DNA of 63,782 nt, the filler included, from Dimorphilus gyrociliatus (taxonomy: Eukaryota; Animalia; Annelida), in NCBI GenBank assembly GCA_904063045.1. It is 3 parts of 3 records of this genome, joined end to end, with 100 filler letters (N's around TTAATTAATTAA, not from the genome) between each part and the next. Parts side by side here need not be neighbours in the genome. Positions count along the whole stretch, not along the records: positions 30,590 to 57,489 come from CAJFCJ010000153.1; 2 more parts are not named here. One strand, given 5' to 3'. This document shows positions 34,706 through 48,800 of this stretch, piece by piece. Positions within the stretch are counted from its first letter, which is position 1. Each line of letters starts with the position of its first letter. The translations under genes and the position numbers were made by a program. The notes beneath the pieces were generated by a model that saw only the letters and a program-made list of their open reading frames with translations, was not told the DNA's origin and ran no database searches.

Positions 34706-37438
34706 GGGGTGCACGAGAAAATGTCCACAACTGAGGAGAAAACGTCCACAAGAGAAAACATCCACAGGAGAAAACGTCCACAAGAAAAAAATGTCCACAG
34801 GAGAAAACATCCACAACTGAGGAGAAAATGTCCATAGTGAAAGAGAATTTGCTTTTTAAAACCTTTGGAGATTAAGATGAAAAGGAAAATTGAGAGAATA
34901 AATATATAATTTGTATTTATGATATTATGATATGTTGAAAACAAAAACTAAAAACTACAAAAATTATAAAAGACTAAGTTTATAACATGGTAACAAGCTA
35001 AATGAATGAGTTATGATGCAATATAAATGCTGGCTGCCTTTTCCAATAAATCTGATGCAGATATTAATCTGACCTCAAATTGCTCCCATAAGCCAAAGAT
35101 CTGACTTTGAATTTTCTGATAAGGCTTTCTCTGTTGTCTACATATCTTCTTCTCACTTAATAATTTCTTGTACAATGTAATCAACTCTGCTTCTCTCTTT
35201 AATTCATCAATCATAACATACAATGAAGAATTGGCATGGATATTCCTGTTTAATCTATTGTGCCATCCTTCCAGGTCATTGTTGGTTCTGATTGCTTCAC
35301 CATAAATTGACCAGGTATGTGGTGGGTAATATCCATATAGCCACTGGTTCTTGATGTAATCAATGAATGGTCCTAAATGAGTTGAGGTTGTCTGTTCAAT
35401 GTTTTTGAATGCATTTTCAATGATGTTTGATGGCAAAAATGGTAATGCCATTATTTTTTTCATTGTGTGGTAACACTCTCCTTTTGCCTTATATTCACAA
35501 GAGTAGCCCAATTCCTAAAATTATTACATTTCTTAATTTTTTTGCAACAGATGATGATAAAAGTTACCTGAATTTTCCTATATACAGATTGGGTCCAGTG
35601 AAAGACACATCCTTTAATTATAACCTCAGGATAAACAGATGACAATGCTCTCCAGATACCTTTTTCAAAATCCACCACAAATTTCATTGTGAAATGTTGA
35701 TTGGTCAGCTTCTTTATGGACTTTTTTTAAGAATTTTAATACTTAAAAAAATTGAAATTAAAAGTATGTATACCTGAAATAATTTCTTATAAGCTGTCTT
35801 TTTCTTTGATCCCATAAATGCAAACAGTAATGGAACTTGTTTCATTTCTCCATGTTTTTTGATGAACCCATGAACTGTGAACAATTGGTAAAATGGGTCT
35901 CTGACACATTTAAATGTTCCATTCAAAAACCATATCTTTCCTTTAGACAGTAGTTCAATTTGTTTTGGAGTTGACAAAATTATTATTCTGTCATCTTTCA
36001 TTTTAATATCTTTTACCAGAAACTCATCTGGTATAAATGATATTTCAAAATTTGAGTGAATATCTGTCAGCTCTTCTGGCTGAAACCTTCTTTTTGTCCA
36101 ATTTGCCAACCTGGCACAGTTATCCATTGATGGAATAGCTTCTTCACAATCACAATGATGTTTTAATACTTGCTCAGCTAAGTGTTTTCCAGAAGAGAAA
36201 GTTTCAATTTCACACAATTGTTTAATTTCATTTTTAATTAAAATTTTCTTTTCCAGTCCATCTTCTCTTTTATGGGAATGGGGTTTTTTTCCAGGATAAA
36301 ATTGATCTTCCAATTGATTGACACTTGCTGGGCATTTGTTGTTCTTATTCCTTACACTACATGTCCAAAATGTTTTTGTTGACCTTTTCATCTTCATTGT
36401 AAACATATAACCATCATAGGCTAATAGGTCTTTACCTTTTTGACTCATTCCTTTCAGAATTTTGAAAGTTGGCTCCATATCTTCTCTTTTTGATGTTGGA
36501 GAATTTATGAAAGAAGTTTCCATCAAATTATTTGAATCCTGTGAATGATTTTCTGTTGTGATTTCAATGTTACACCCAATCATTAGATCTGTGCTGTTGT
36601 TTTCAACAATAACATCATTATCATCAACATCTGTTCTCATATTTCTATCACTTTCTTTTTCATTTTCATAAATATCTGGACCATTACCAACAACATCATT
36701 CATAGTATTTTGAACTTCATATGTCATCTCTACTTCCTTTTCCACTTCAGAGTTCACTGTTTTGATTTGACTAGTAGACAGCTGTTGTAAGGTGACCAAA
36801 CATGTTCTCTTAGAAATATCTTCACAAATATTGCAAAGAAAGAGATGATTTTCTGTTAATACAATCATTTAAAAAAATTATATATACTATAAAATTGAAT
36901 TTAACCTACTTTTCATGCATTTCTTGTGAATTATTACCCAATGGTGACATAGTTGACACTTTGTTTTATGCTTTCTTCGAACCATTTTCTCCTTATAATT
37001 GTAGCAATATGCCATTATCTATCAGTAAAAAGAGAAAGTTACCCCAAAATGGCTGCTCAAATATTTTAAAAGAGATTTTATTAATTAAAGTTTTACCTTT
37101 AACTGATTCATTTTAAAAGAATTATCAAGAGATATTCTGGTGTATTGAATTTTTTTGATACTGTGTTGTACTTGTGAAATATCCTTTTCAGATAATATTT
37201 GTATCAAACTCTCTTTGTATGGAACAAAAACAGGAAACCATAACAGAAAATAGTTCCTCAACAAAATGGAGAACCTGACATTGCATAATTTTTATTATCA
37301 CTACAATGTACATACATTATTAATTTTAATTTCCATGGCCATTTTCCCCTATAGACTTTTTCCACTGTGGACATTTCTCCTGTGGACGTTTTCTTCTGTG
37401 GATGTTTTCTCTTGTGGACATTTTCTCCATAAACCACC
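34706..37438 (-). mobile_element. Near-complete Phantom-like MULE with foldback (tandem-repeat) TIRs; PHD-FLYWCH-MULE transposase, first catalytic D changed to N
   Basis: Arrays of GAGAAAA(T/C)(G/A)TCCAC at 34706-34835 and inverted at 37345-37435. ORF 35714-36868 has FLYWCH (WTCSVRNKNNKCPA..HSH) and WFLNGTF. VVDFE..GCVFHW and RTNNDLEGWHNRLN lie downstream across two GT-AG introns. No clean TSD was found. Confidence 0.92.
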
Positions 37439-38539
37439 ATCTTCAAATGTTCAATTTCCTTTTATGGTTTTACATCTCATTTTGAAACATCAAATTAATA
37501 GTTCCTACCTGTTTCCAAATAGTATTTGACTGTTTTGCACTTTTCTACCTTTATAGATTAGAAATAAATGGGTGTCTACTTTTTACAGGAGCATTTTCAT
37601 TAAATCTTATCCGAAACTATACACCATTTAAAAGGTATTATGTGACACTAAGCAAAACTCCTCTTTTGTATAAATCAAATGTATATTTGGATTTTAATAA
37701 GGTAAACTGTCAAGAAAGAAATTTCATCCTGTTTTTTTTTCATACTTTAGTGATAGTCATAATAATAATATATTCAAAAATAAACTTTTACTTAATAACT
37801 GATTTGTACAGGCCTGCCAACAAAACAGAAAAATATTCCAAGATTTTATTAAAAATAAACAATATATGATTCTGTCAAAATCTTTCTATGGCTCCTATGC
37901 AATGAATTTTCAATCTACTGCATTCTCTTTTATTCAAATACAAGAAAATGATTGTGGTATTTGGACACAATATTTTATATGCCATAAACAGCCAAGTATT
38001 TTTTATATATTCTAATCTTCATATGCTTATAATATAGTTAATTGCTTTAGAAATGAAGAATTATGGGGAATTAATGAAATATTTGGTAAAACCTCTAAAA
38101 ATTCTATGCTCTCAAAATTCATTTATAAACTAAAACTAGTTCAATTAAATATTAATTATGCTTAAATTCTAAGTTTAGATTATATTCACTATTCAACAGT
38201 ATTGTATACACAATACTGTTCTTTTTAACATGCATTAATCAGATATACTTCCTCTGCATATGCTGATGCTAAATTTACTAACTCAATCAATTGAATATCA
38301 TTATTAAGGTAGAATATAAAAACGGTCAAATATACAATCTACATGTTTTCTTGATTGTTCGACTTGTCCTACTAAAATTGTTACATCTTATGCAACTCTC
38401 CAACCTTCGAAATTCAACTATTATTTAGAAGAGGAAAACAATAAAAACATGACCATATTTACAACTTTTCTTTGTCTTCAAATGTTACTTTTGTTTTTGT
38501 GAACATTGAAATTTGTCAACTATCAACCCTTAAAAGAGT

Positions 38540-39060
38540 ATATAAACCCTACGAAATTGACAGTTGATAGTTCAGTTTTCTAACCGTCAGCTAGTTGTTT
38601 AAACTAGCTTGTTTAGAACTAGAAGCTCATTTTACTCAATACATATTCTTTGGACGAAATACTGGTGTTTTGTTAATCAATTTCTACCGAAATTGCCTTT
38701 GTTAGACTATTTGTGGACGAACTTTAAAGGTTCTATTTGGACCAGTACTTTGGCAAGTTGGTAAATGATTGGAAAGGACGATTACAGTTGTGACGAACCA
38801 GAAATTCCTACAATTACAATACAACAAAGTACACTTGACCACACCTTGGCTAAACTAATTAAATTGTATGTTGGCCACACCCTAGGCAAGCTAATTGAAT
38901 TATAACTTGGCCAAAGCTTAAATGGTACTTAAGGATGAACCTTAAGTATGACAAACCAATGTCTGTGTTAGGCCACATGTTATTGTATTCCCTCAAGTAG
39001 GTTTTAAGTAAGTTACATATAATAGTATAAGAATAAAATAGAACGAAAGTTGTACAACAG
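38540..39060. repeat. LTR-family 3' half (38540-38833) abutting a second repeat family (38834-39060)
   Basis: Matches 2940-3205 and ends AAAGTACA at 38833. The downstream part resembles 20200-20300 and the reverse complement of 9800-9960. Confidence 0.8.
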
Positions 39061-39899
39061 CAAAACAACAACTTCCACTGACTTTAGGAAGAGGAAGGAG
39101 GCAGCTAAACCAAACAAACTATTGTCAACATACTGCGAGAAAAACTGTAGTTAACTAAAAAACAAAAAGAAAAGTTGAAACAAAGAGAATAACTTGTTTT
39201 TCACTAGAGTAAAAGAACTCATTGTAAGAATATTTGGCATTGCATGTATTGTATAAAAAAAACACATAAACACCAGACAAATTCTGAATGTAAATTATTG
39301 ACTCTATTCCCTGTCTTTGAATTATTTATTAACCAAATGTGATCTTTTCTGTAAAACTGTCCTTGCAAAGTTACCAATTGCAAAAATATCTTGGGTATAC
39401 ATTTTACATTTTTCATTAGTTAGACCAATGTGGGATAGAGAATATTTTATTGATTTTCCTTTTTTCTAAGTAATTTGTTTTTTAGTTTTAGAGAGAAAAA
39501 AAAACAGGTATGGGAAAAAAATATTTTTAAAGATTAAGATATTAACCCTAACCCTAAATTAATAATCCTGTTAGGATGTGTTTTTTTCCCAATTCAGCCC
39601 CATCCCCCTCCTCCTCCTCCTCCTCCTCCTCTTTCACCCCAAACAACAAATAATTCTTACCATGAAAAATATATTTGAATAATCCAAAATGCCATTAAAA
39701 GAAAATTTAAGTTGATGAACAAAATTTATCTCTTCATATATGTCTAAAAATAGGCTTAAAATATTTTTCAATGTGTAAAAGTCGGATGAATTTTTTAATT
39801 TTTTCAAAGGAATTATTATTTGTTTTTCATGAAGGAATTTCTCATTTCTTTCAATTAGTTGAATACCTTAGGGGAAAAAAATAACACATGATTTATAAG

Positions 39900-42800
39900 A
39901 AACTTCTATATGAAGTAAAATAATTTATTTTCTCTTCTACAATTTGAAAAGCACAGAGCTACAGCTGAAGATATTTTATGTTCTCTGCAAAAAAAGTAAT
40001 GGATAATCAGTTTTTTTTTGCTTTTGCCATTTGTCCTTAGAACAACAAGAAAAAGGAAAATAATCCTACACTTTGATTTTTTTCTTTCTTTGATTTGTTT
40101 TATAAAATGATTTAACATCTTTAAAAGTGTATATCAATGGATTTAGAACAGAATTTAATGGTAGAACAAGAACAGTAATTGCAATATAGATGTCATTTTT
40201 GAATTGTAAATTGAAAAATACTGAGTATATTCCTTGAAAGGAAAATTGAAAAGACTATTATGATTTCTAATGTGTTATGTTAATTGATTGAAAAATCTAA
40301 CCTAAAAATGAAATTGGAAACCAACACAAAAAATTAGTTATTACAATTATGAAAGCATTTGATTTGAATTTTCTTTGTTGGTATTTGAATTGATTTTCAT
40401 TAACTATTCCCCTCCTTTCCAAAGTTAATTTCCATATTCTCATATAAAGAACTAATATTATCAGACAAATCATTTGTAGAAGGATTCCAAAGATTATAAA
40501 TGAAAATGTCCATCCTTCAACTCTTTCACTCCTTATTTGTAATGTGAAACATATTGGACTCTTTGAGTAGTAAGACTGTATGGAAAATTCATGGAATGCA
40601 TTATTAATCAATTATTAATTCAATTCGGGTTAGAAGAGCTTTGACAAACACACTGACTTTATAGATTACTATGGGAATTGCTGATATGAGTCCTGATATC
40701 AGAAATATGCACATTGTTATAACAATTGATAAGGATGGCCTGAATATCTTCCTAAATGGCCAAGCAGTAATGGTATATCTCTCAATTGTTACCATTAAAA
40801 GGCTTAGAGCGGAAATCATTATGGAACAACTGCAAAACCAGCCAATGAATTTACAGCCAACACTTGTTCTCCATTGGATATCATGATCTGAATATCTGCC
40901 TCTATAATAAGTATCAAAAGTGCCAATGACCAGTAGGAAAATTGATGTACATAAATCAGCCAAAGATAGGCCAAAATGGAAAAAGTTTTTAATAATTTTT
41001 TTATTCAGTTTCCTTAAAATAATTGATAGGAAATTCTCAAAAAATGCTAATAAAGCAAATATCCAAAGGACAACTCTAATAGTTGGAGATTTAATTAAAT
41101 CAGTGCAAGAATTAAAAATTGATTTCTTTGGTAGGCATTTCTCCATCATCTTTGAGAATTCCCATGCAATGCAACAGAATACAAAATGTCTACTGTATAA
41201 TTCTCTTAAAGAGTAGAGAGGTTTTAATAGGTTGTATGAATATTTTAAAGGCAGGTAAGTATTTTCCAGCATTAGGTATTGTAGGCTTATTAATGATATG
41301 AAAGCGTCTCTATCAACACTGTATATATAGCAATTAGCAATTATAAGACTCAATAAGTTTTTTAGCCCTAGTAGCAGATTTTTAGAAATATAGGATATGG
41401 TAGTGGAAGAGAAGTCAATTGATCTTAGGGACAATGAATATTTGAATGTAATTGATTCTTGTATCTTTAATGCAGTTTTTCTAATTATTAAATTTTGCAG
41501 TTTTCTCAATGGATGATCATAGAAGATTGCAGTGAAATTCAAATATTGACAATTTTCAATTTCTAAATGAACAACGTTTGGTGAAATCTTTGAAATTGGA
41601 AAATTTAAATAAGTAACATTGTGTAATGCCAATAAAATTATGGTGAAGGATTGTTTAAAAATGTGAAATTTTTTCGAATTCAAATTATTTCCAATAATAT
41701 TTGAAATATTGATTTTTTTAAATCCAGAATAGATTATATTTGTCAAATTTTCTACAAGTACTTTATCGTTCTCATAAAAAATGCAATGGATTGAGTAAAA
41801 CTGCAAACATTGACACTTTTCATGGAAACAAGAAGGTTGGAAATTGTTGAATGTGCAATAGAGTTCATCATTACCCTTCAGACAATCAACTCTACCATTG
41901 CAAACATTGTTGATTGGTATAAATGTACTTTGATTTTTACACTTAAAATAACCTTTTGGTTGAAAATTATCTATTTAAAGAAATAAAAAAAAGCAACTAT
42001 CATTCATTGTTATAAATGTTTAAAATTTATTGGATTGGATGACATAGAAAATGTCTATTTGAAAACACGGCTTGGAAAATTTATAAGAAGTATTTAAAAG
42101 GGTTAAAAGGGTCTTGGGGGACAAGAACAACTGACATTTTCCATTATGTCACACCATTGACATACTGCAATTGAATTCATCATCAAAATGTGTACAGTGA
42201 ATAACACCATCACAGACATTCTTTATTGATATACAATATCTACTCTTCTTACAGAGGTAACTTCCACTTGGGCAAGATGCTCTATTACAATTCTTCAATG
42301 CATTATAGGGAAAGTGGACTTTTGTCAAAACATTTCCCATAGAATCATAATTCAATTGGCAAATTTTATCAACTTGGAATTTTGAACATTTTCTAACATT
42401 GCTTCTATAAAGTGAATTACATGTGCTAGATTCCTCATCTTCTTTATTCAAACAATTCACACTCATATCGCAAACTGTATCCATTCTGATGCATTTTTCT
42501 TTGCATTGAAATAAACTATGTTCAGTACAATCTAAAAAACAAAAAAAAAAAAACATTATCAAAGATTTTTTTGTTATTGCTCTCTAATTTTTTTTTATTA
42601 TTATCAATCAACTTAATGTATTTTCAATTTTATCTTTACAACTTTCATCACTTTCATCAAAACAGTTTTTTTCAAAATCGCAAAATTGTGTTTTTTGAAT
42701 GCATTGTCCATTGTTGCACCTTATTTTGTTTAGTAAAATAATTAGTATAATTGATAAGTTTGTTAAATAACTAAAAAAATAACTGTAACACTTCCTATCC

Positions 42801-45800
42801 CTTCCACCCATCCACCCACCTTATTACAGGTGACCTTAAGTGAAAACTTATGAAATTATTCAACTGTAAACTCTATACTCTACCTATTTTGTAAAGGACA
42901 AATAGGCCATACTGTGAAAAGAGAAGTCAAGAGAGAGAGAAGAAAAAAAAGGAAATACAAAAACAGCAACTTGTTCATTATTGATATACTTACAGCAATT
43001 CTCTTCATCAGCATTATTTTTGCAGTCTTTCACGTGATTGCAGACATGTTTTAAAGAAATTGTAGTATTTACATTGCAAAAAAACTGTTCATTCAATGAA
43101 CAATTCCTCTCATCTTCATTTGAAAAACAATCTTTTTCTCCATCACATACATTCATCAAATTAATACACATAACATCTTTGCTACAATAGAATGAATTTT
43201 TTGGACATTTAGTAAAATTGCTATTTTCCAATTCATCAGTAAGTGAAAACTGGTAATAATCTTGAAATAAAATTTTTTTTTCAAAATATGAATATTAAAA
43301 TTTTGAAATATAAAATACTAAATTCTTACATGAAAGTCTGCATACAAAGAAATATGCAACATTTTTGTCACAGCTGAATGGAACATTACCATATTTCAAG
43401 TCTGTTGAAAAAGAGACAGGTATCGCAATATAACATTTACTTTGTTTGTTTGACAAAGAGAAATGATTTGAATAAAATTTATGAGCATGTTTCAAAATAT
43501 ATTTTTTCAAAAAACATTTGTCTATGTAACTTGGAAAAAAAGAATTTTAGAAATTAGATGATGGAGAATTAAATGGAGAGAAAAGGTCTAATGACATAAA
43601 AAAATCCTACACAGAGAGAGAGAGAGATACTAAAAATTGTAGATAAACATCTGTAGGATTGTCTATTCAATAGGCCTTTTCCAAACTGAATTATTTATGA
43701 TGATGATAATAATGATGATTAGTTACAGATTTGTATAATTTAGTACAAAGTTGTAGAGTTCATATGGTGTCATATCATCATGCACAAGTATATCATGTTC
43801 TCTGGCATCCTTGACTAATCTTAGTACTTGGTAAATAAAAAATATTCTTTTGTTTCATTATATATTTTCTATATAGCAAGATTAAGTTTAAAAGTTTTAC
43901 TTACATCCTGGTAAACTGCTTTTTAAATCAATTAGTTGGGATTTCTGGTTAATTTTTGCCAAAACATTGATAAAATCGTACTCGTCATTTGACATATATG
44001 GTAATGAAGCATTGAGTTGTCTACACATTTTTGATGCCTTATTTATTGATATAGTTCCATCTGGTTTAATTGGCAAATAGCAGCCATATTCAAAAGTATA
44101 AGAATTCTTATCAGAACACATAATTTCTGTTTTTTTTTTAAAAAAACAACTATAATTCTGAAATCTTTGCAGATATCAATCAAAGAACTCAATTTTGGAT
44201 TTTTTAAAAGTAAATGGTATTTATTGCAGTCATCTCCTTAAATACTCACTTTTTTTGCAATCCATCAATTGAGTTCTTTCTAAGTATAAATTAGAAAGCA
44301 GTATACCATTGTTATTTAAGCATTTAAGGTCAGGTATACTCATGTATTCACTTCAAAACAAAAAAAAACTGTTTATTCTCTTTAGCTTGTTTTACAAAAT
44401 TGAAATTGTTTGAAACTTACAGATAATCCATCCAATTCTCATTAGTTGTAATTTTACATTGTGACACATTATAGTAGTTTGGACAGGTAATAAAAAAATA
44501 TTTTTGCTGTATGATATTAATAGCGTACAACTGATTTGTAGCAATCAATGTTCCAGTTTTATAGCCAAAATATTGGCAGACAGCCAATGTTTCATAATAT
44601 TTTACAGTTGCCACTGCAATTGAATACCAATTATAATTATTGTATAGGAATACTATACCATCAAAGCTATTGGCAGTTTTTTCAGTTTTTCTACTATTTC
44701 TCAGTAAATAGCTTCCATCATTGTTTTGAAACATAAATTCTTTGTCTGAAGTAAAGGTTTTTAGTGATTTTTTGTCTTTTTTTTTACATAGGGAAAAGGT
44801 GTAAGTAACTTTTAATTATTGTTTCATTCACACAATTGCCAGCTATCATAAAACCATTAGATTCTGGATTTCTATATGATAGGCATACATTGAATGGTCT
44901 ATTGCTGATAGAGCATAAATCAAATGTTGGAGGGAATGAGAAATCCAAGTGGTAATTTATTGAGGAACAACTACCAAACTAAAATACATGAAATTGTCTC
45001 TAGAAAATTCAAAATTCAAATGAAATGATTAGTGTTTTTCCCCATACCTCCATTGCTGTTGATGATTGAACAATAAATCCAAATGGTAGCGCTATTTGTC
45101 CAATTGACCTACAGATTAGGGAAGAGATTTTGTATTGGTTTCTCGCTTTGAATACCAAAGGAATGTGACCAAATGTTTTAGAAACAACCATATAAGATAA
45201 AGTTTTTGTTGAATTGGTTTTGAAAAATACTTTTTTATGGAATGGCTTCATCTTTTCTACAGAAAAATCTTGTTTGTTTGTTTTCAATTTATTAATAGCA
45301 GCTGTTGAAAAATATTTAAAAATTTTCTACCTTCAAGTTCTCTCTTTGTGCAAAAAATCAATTTTGTTGAATTTATATTTGTTACATTTCCAATAATTTC
45401 ATTTCCATTTTTGTAGAATGCAAAAGTTTTAAAACTTTTTGAATTAATTTCATTCAAGTAAAATTGAATTTTATTGCAAAAATTCAAATTTGAAGTATTA
45501 TTTTTTACTAATTGATAATTTGTTTTTCTGTGTCTGACAAACAATTGATAATCATCATCATCCAGATTCAGATTTGCAAATATGACTGAAAAGAGGAAAA
45601 CAATGATGAAATTAACATTTTTGAATCAAGGAAACATTTTTTTATATATCATTGATAAAGGAGTGACAGAAATTGCCTAAGATTTGTAGTTAGGTAGGTC
45701 TAAGCTAAGGTTAAATCTTGGCTTAACCAAACCACCAGTTTCAGTATCTTGATTCAAATATTGATTGAAATAATTTTTCATAAAAAAATTCAAATTTACA

Positions 45801-48800
45801 TGGTGTAGTTGTTTTGTAGCATTTGAGACAAAGTGAACCAAGTGTTTGTGAATATTCATCTAAATTGATATACCTGCTACAGAGGTGTTATCATGTACAA
45901 TAAAAAAGATTATAAAAAAACACCATCGATAATTACAGAATTAATCTCTTCTTGTAATTTGTTACTGATACTTGCAAACTATCTTTTAATTTTGTATTTA
46001 AAAATAAAAATTATGTTAAAATTCTAAAAGATTTTCTTTCTTTCTGTTTTTTTCTTTACCTTCTCTCGGATCACATGCTTCGGCAATAAAATGAATATTA
46101 TCATATCCTAATGATCTACATAGGCCTTTGTAGAAATTTGCATTTAAACCAATTCCAAATGCCACATATAACTTATTATCATTATTTTTTAATTTGGCAT
46201 AGATTTTTCCATAAATTGAGAATTTATTCTCCATTAAAGTTTCTACTGAGTAGGTATAAAGCTTTGGATTTAGAATTTGCTTTGTACTTAACTCTGCAAA
46301 ATGTGGACAGGTGATGCTTTGAAGTTCATTTAGTGAAGAGAAGATTACATATATTGCAATTTGAAATATTCTTATTAATCTACAAATAGGGATTAGCATT
46401 TTTCTTCTATTTTCAATAGAAAATGCTGGATTACTTTGGTTTGTTTTTTCTGATTAAGAATATCAAAAAAAAATGAAAATCATTAAAAACTGATGTTCAA
46501 AATTACTTGGTTTTTTTTTTTTTACAGTTTTACTAATTTTACATTAGTGGTGTTCAGTTTCAATGGTAAAAGAATTCTTTAATTTCATTCTAAGGGGCAT
46601 TAAGTACTCTTTTCAATTAGTAGAAGAAAAATATATTATCTTACCAATTTGCACTTGGTCCTATTGTTCAAAAGAGAAAAATAGATTATTATAGTAGGAG
46701 AAAAAATTCGCCATTTTGACAAGAGATTTTCAATTCTAATTGTTAGCATTACCATTTTGTGTCAATTAAGAACTTTGTTGGTGCAATTTTCTTTAATCTG
46801 GAACTAGTTATCCTTTATAATTGTTATAGCAGAGAGGAATTTAAATGCAATGCCAGTTGTTGTTGCCAAGTACTGAAGATGCAATTGTAACCAGGTCTGT
46901 GACAATCCACACATGTGATTTAATATTATTGTGAGTACATCAAGTTGTTTACTTTAGTAGTTTTTTATTATTCAGTCATTTATTGGGCTAGTGTGTCTTG
47001 TTGAAAAAGTCCTTCTCTACCCAACAACAATCTAACCAAACAGCAAATATTAAATCCTCAGTCATGATTGAATATCTTTCATCTGCCATTAGAGGTTTTA
47101 TTGAATAGGTAAAAATCTATGCAAAATGGCAACCTTTTTTAGTAATATAAGAAGAAAATTTATTCCTTTTAAGTAGATAACTACTCAATTCATTATTACT
47201 TTTACGATTGAAGTAATTAAGTAAGCTTAAATCGTAAAAAAAAGTAGTCAATTGTCAACAATTTCTATTTTATCAATATGCAAATTAAGCCATGTTCTCG
47301 CCCAATCACAATCACTATAGGCTTATGAATAGCTACAGCTTTATATAGGTTTCTTTGAAACATCTGAAGAGGAAGGACATTAAAACCTTCAGTCCAGATC
47401 TCAATATCATTGCAAATACATCAAATTGGCTCAATAAGAAAAAAGAATTGTTTCTCTCAAGATGATTAACATTTATTTTCTGCTTTCATTCAAATAAATC
47501 TACCGGTTTTTATTTTAATAATTACTTGTGTTTGTGTGTTTTACATCATTTCTAGATCGTGTAGATTTTTTTTGTTAATGCTTCTTTGTCAAAATCATAT
47601 CCAGTTGGAATTGTACCCTTAGAGAAAATGTCCCAACATGGCTGCAATGATTGATATTGAACATTCCCTTCTTGTTATCATATCAATAAAAACATGTATC
47701 TTAAAGGTCATTTTGTAAACTTTTGTTGTTTATTACCATGGTGATCAGAAAGGTAAATCATCTGAAAGGTGTTGTTATTTTGAATTTTGATTGATAGAAA
47801 CAGAATTTTATACAAACGCCATAAATCGTAAATATTTTGTGTCAGTTGCCACAAGTTTTTATTACAAAATTCAATTACATATTGAATTTGGATGCCAGAT
47901 AGTTGATCTGTATTTGGAATGAACATTTGTACTAACAATGATGTTGAAGGGTGGCATAGGAGACTTAATGAGAAAACTATTTATCTATATGATCATGTGA
48001 TCAACTTGCATTCTTATTTGAAAGATTAGATAAAATGTTATTTTGCTAACAAATATCTCCAACAATACTTTATTGTGTTGTGTGTACTTCAAAAGGATGT
48101 ATATTGGTGTGAAGTGACAGAAAATTCAACAATTACAATACTTGAGATGGAAGAAAAGGAAAAGCTAAATTTTATTTAATTTACATGAATGTAATAAACT
48201 TACTTGGATTACAGTGAAACAGGTATCCTTTAATTGGTACACCTGGATATCTAGATAATAATGTGGTCCATAACTTTTTGGGAATCATATAGTTTGTAAG
48301 TGTTTGAATTTCCAACAAAATATGCTCAAGTTATGAAGTTAGATTAGATATTTGATAATTCATTGTTAAACGTTGTTTCATCTGTACTATCAAAACAATC
48401 TGTGTGAAAATCACACATTTTTGATCTAGGAAGACATTTATCATCACAAGAGAAATATTTGCAACTATTGCTGCATTCTTTTCAAACAGATTTTTTTGTA
48501 AATATTATGGTCAGGGTTATCTAAAAAAATTCTATTATTATCATTTACCAGTTAATTCTATTGAATTTTCTTGAAAACTGGTAGAACATATTTCATCAGT
48601 TCCATCAATACAGTTAATTTCACTATTGCAAAAATATATTGAGTTAATGCATTCATGATTTTTGCATCTGTGTAAAATTAAGTATTAAATATTCTTTAAA
48701 ATTTTCATACACTACAAACTAAAACCTTTTGCCTTTGGAACAATCATCCCATTCTGTTTGAAGAGAAGATTTCATTTGTGATTACAGATTATGAGGAAAA

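Noticed and set aside
34706-34835. Short regularly repeated units resembling a CRISPR array (also 3262-3366 and 37345-37435)
   Set aside because: The units are 15-22 bp with no unique spacers, occur as inverted arrays at the ends of MULE transposase genes, and have no cas genes nearby. They are foldback TIRs.
34204-34944. 246-aa ORF as a novel membrane protein
   Set aside because: It is a chimaera of MULE terminal repeats read in frame with a GRL101-like TM exon.
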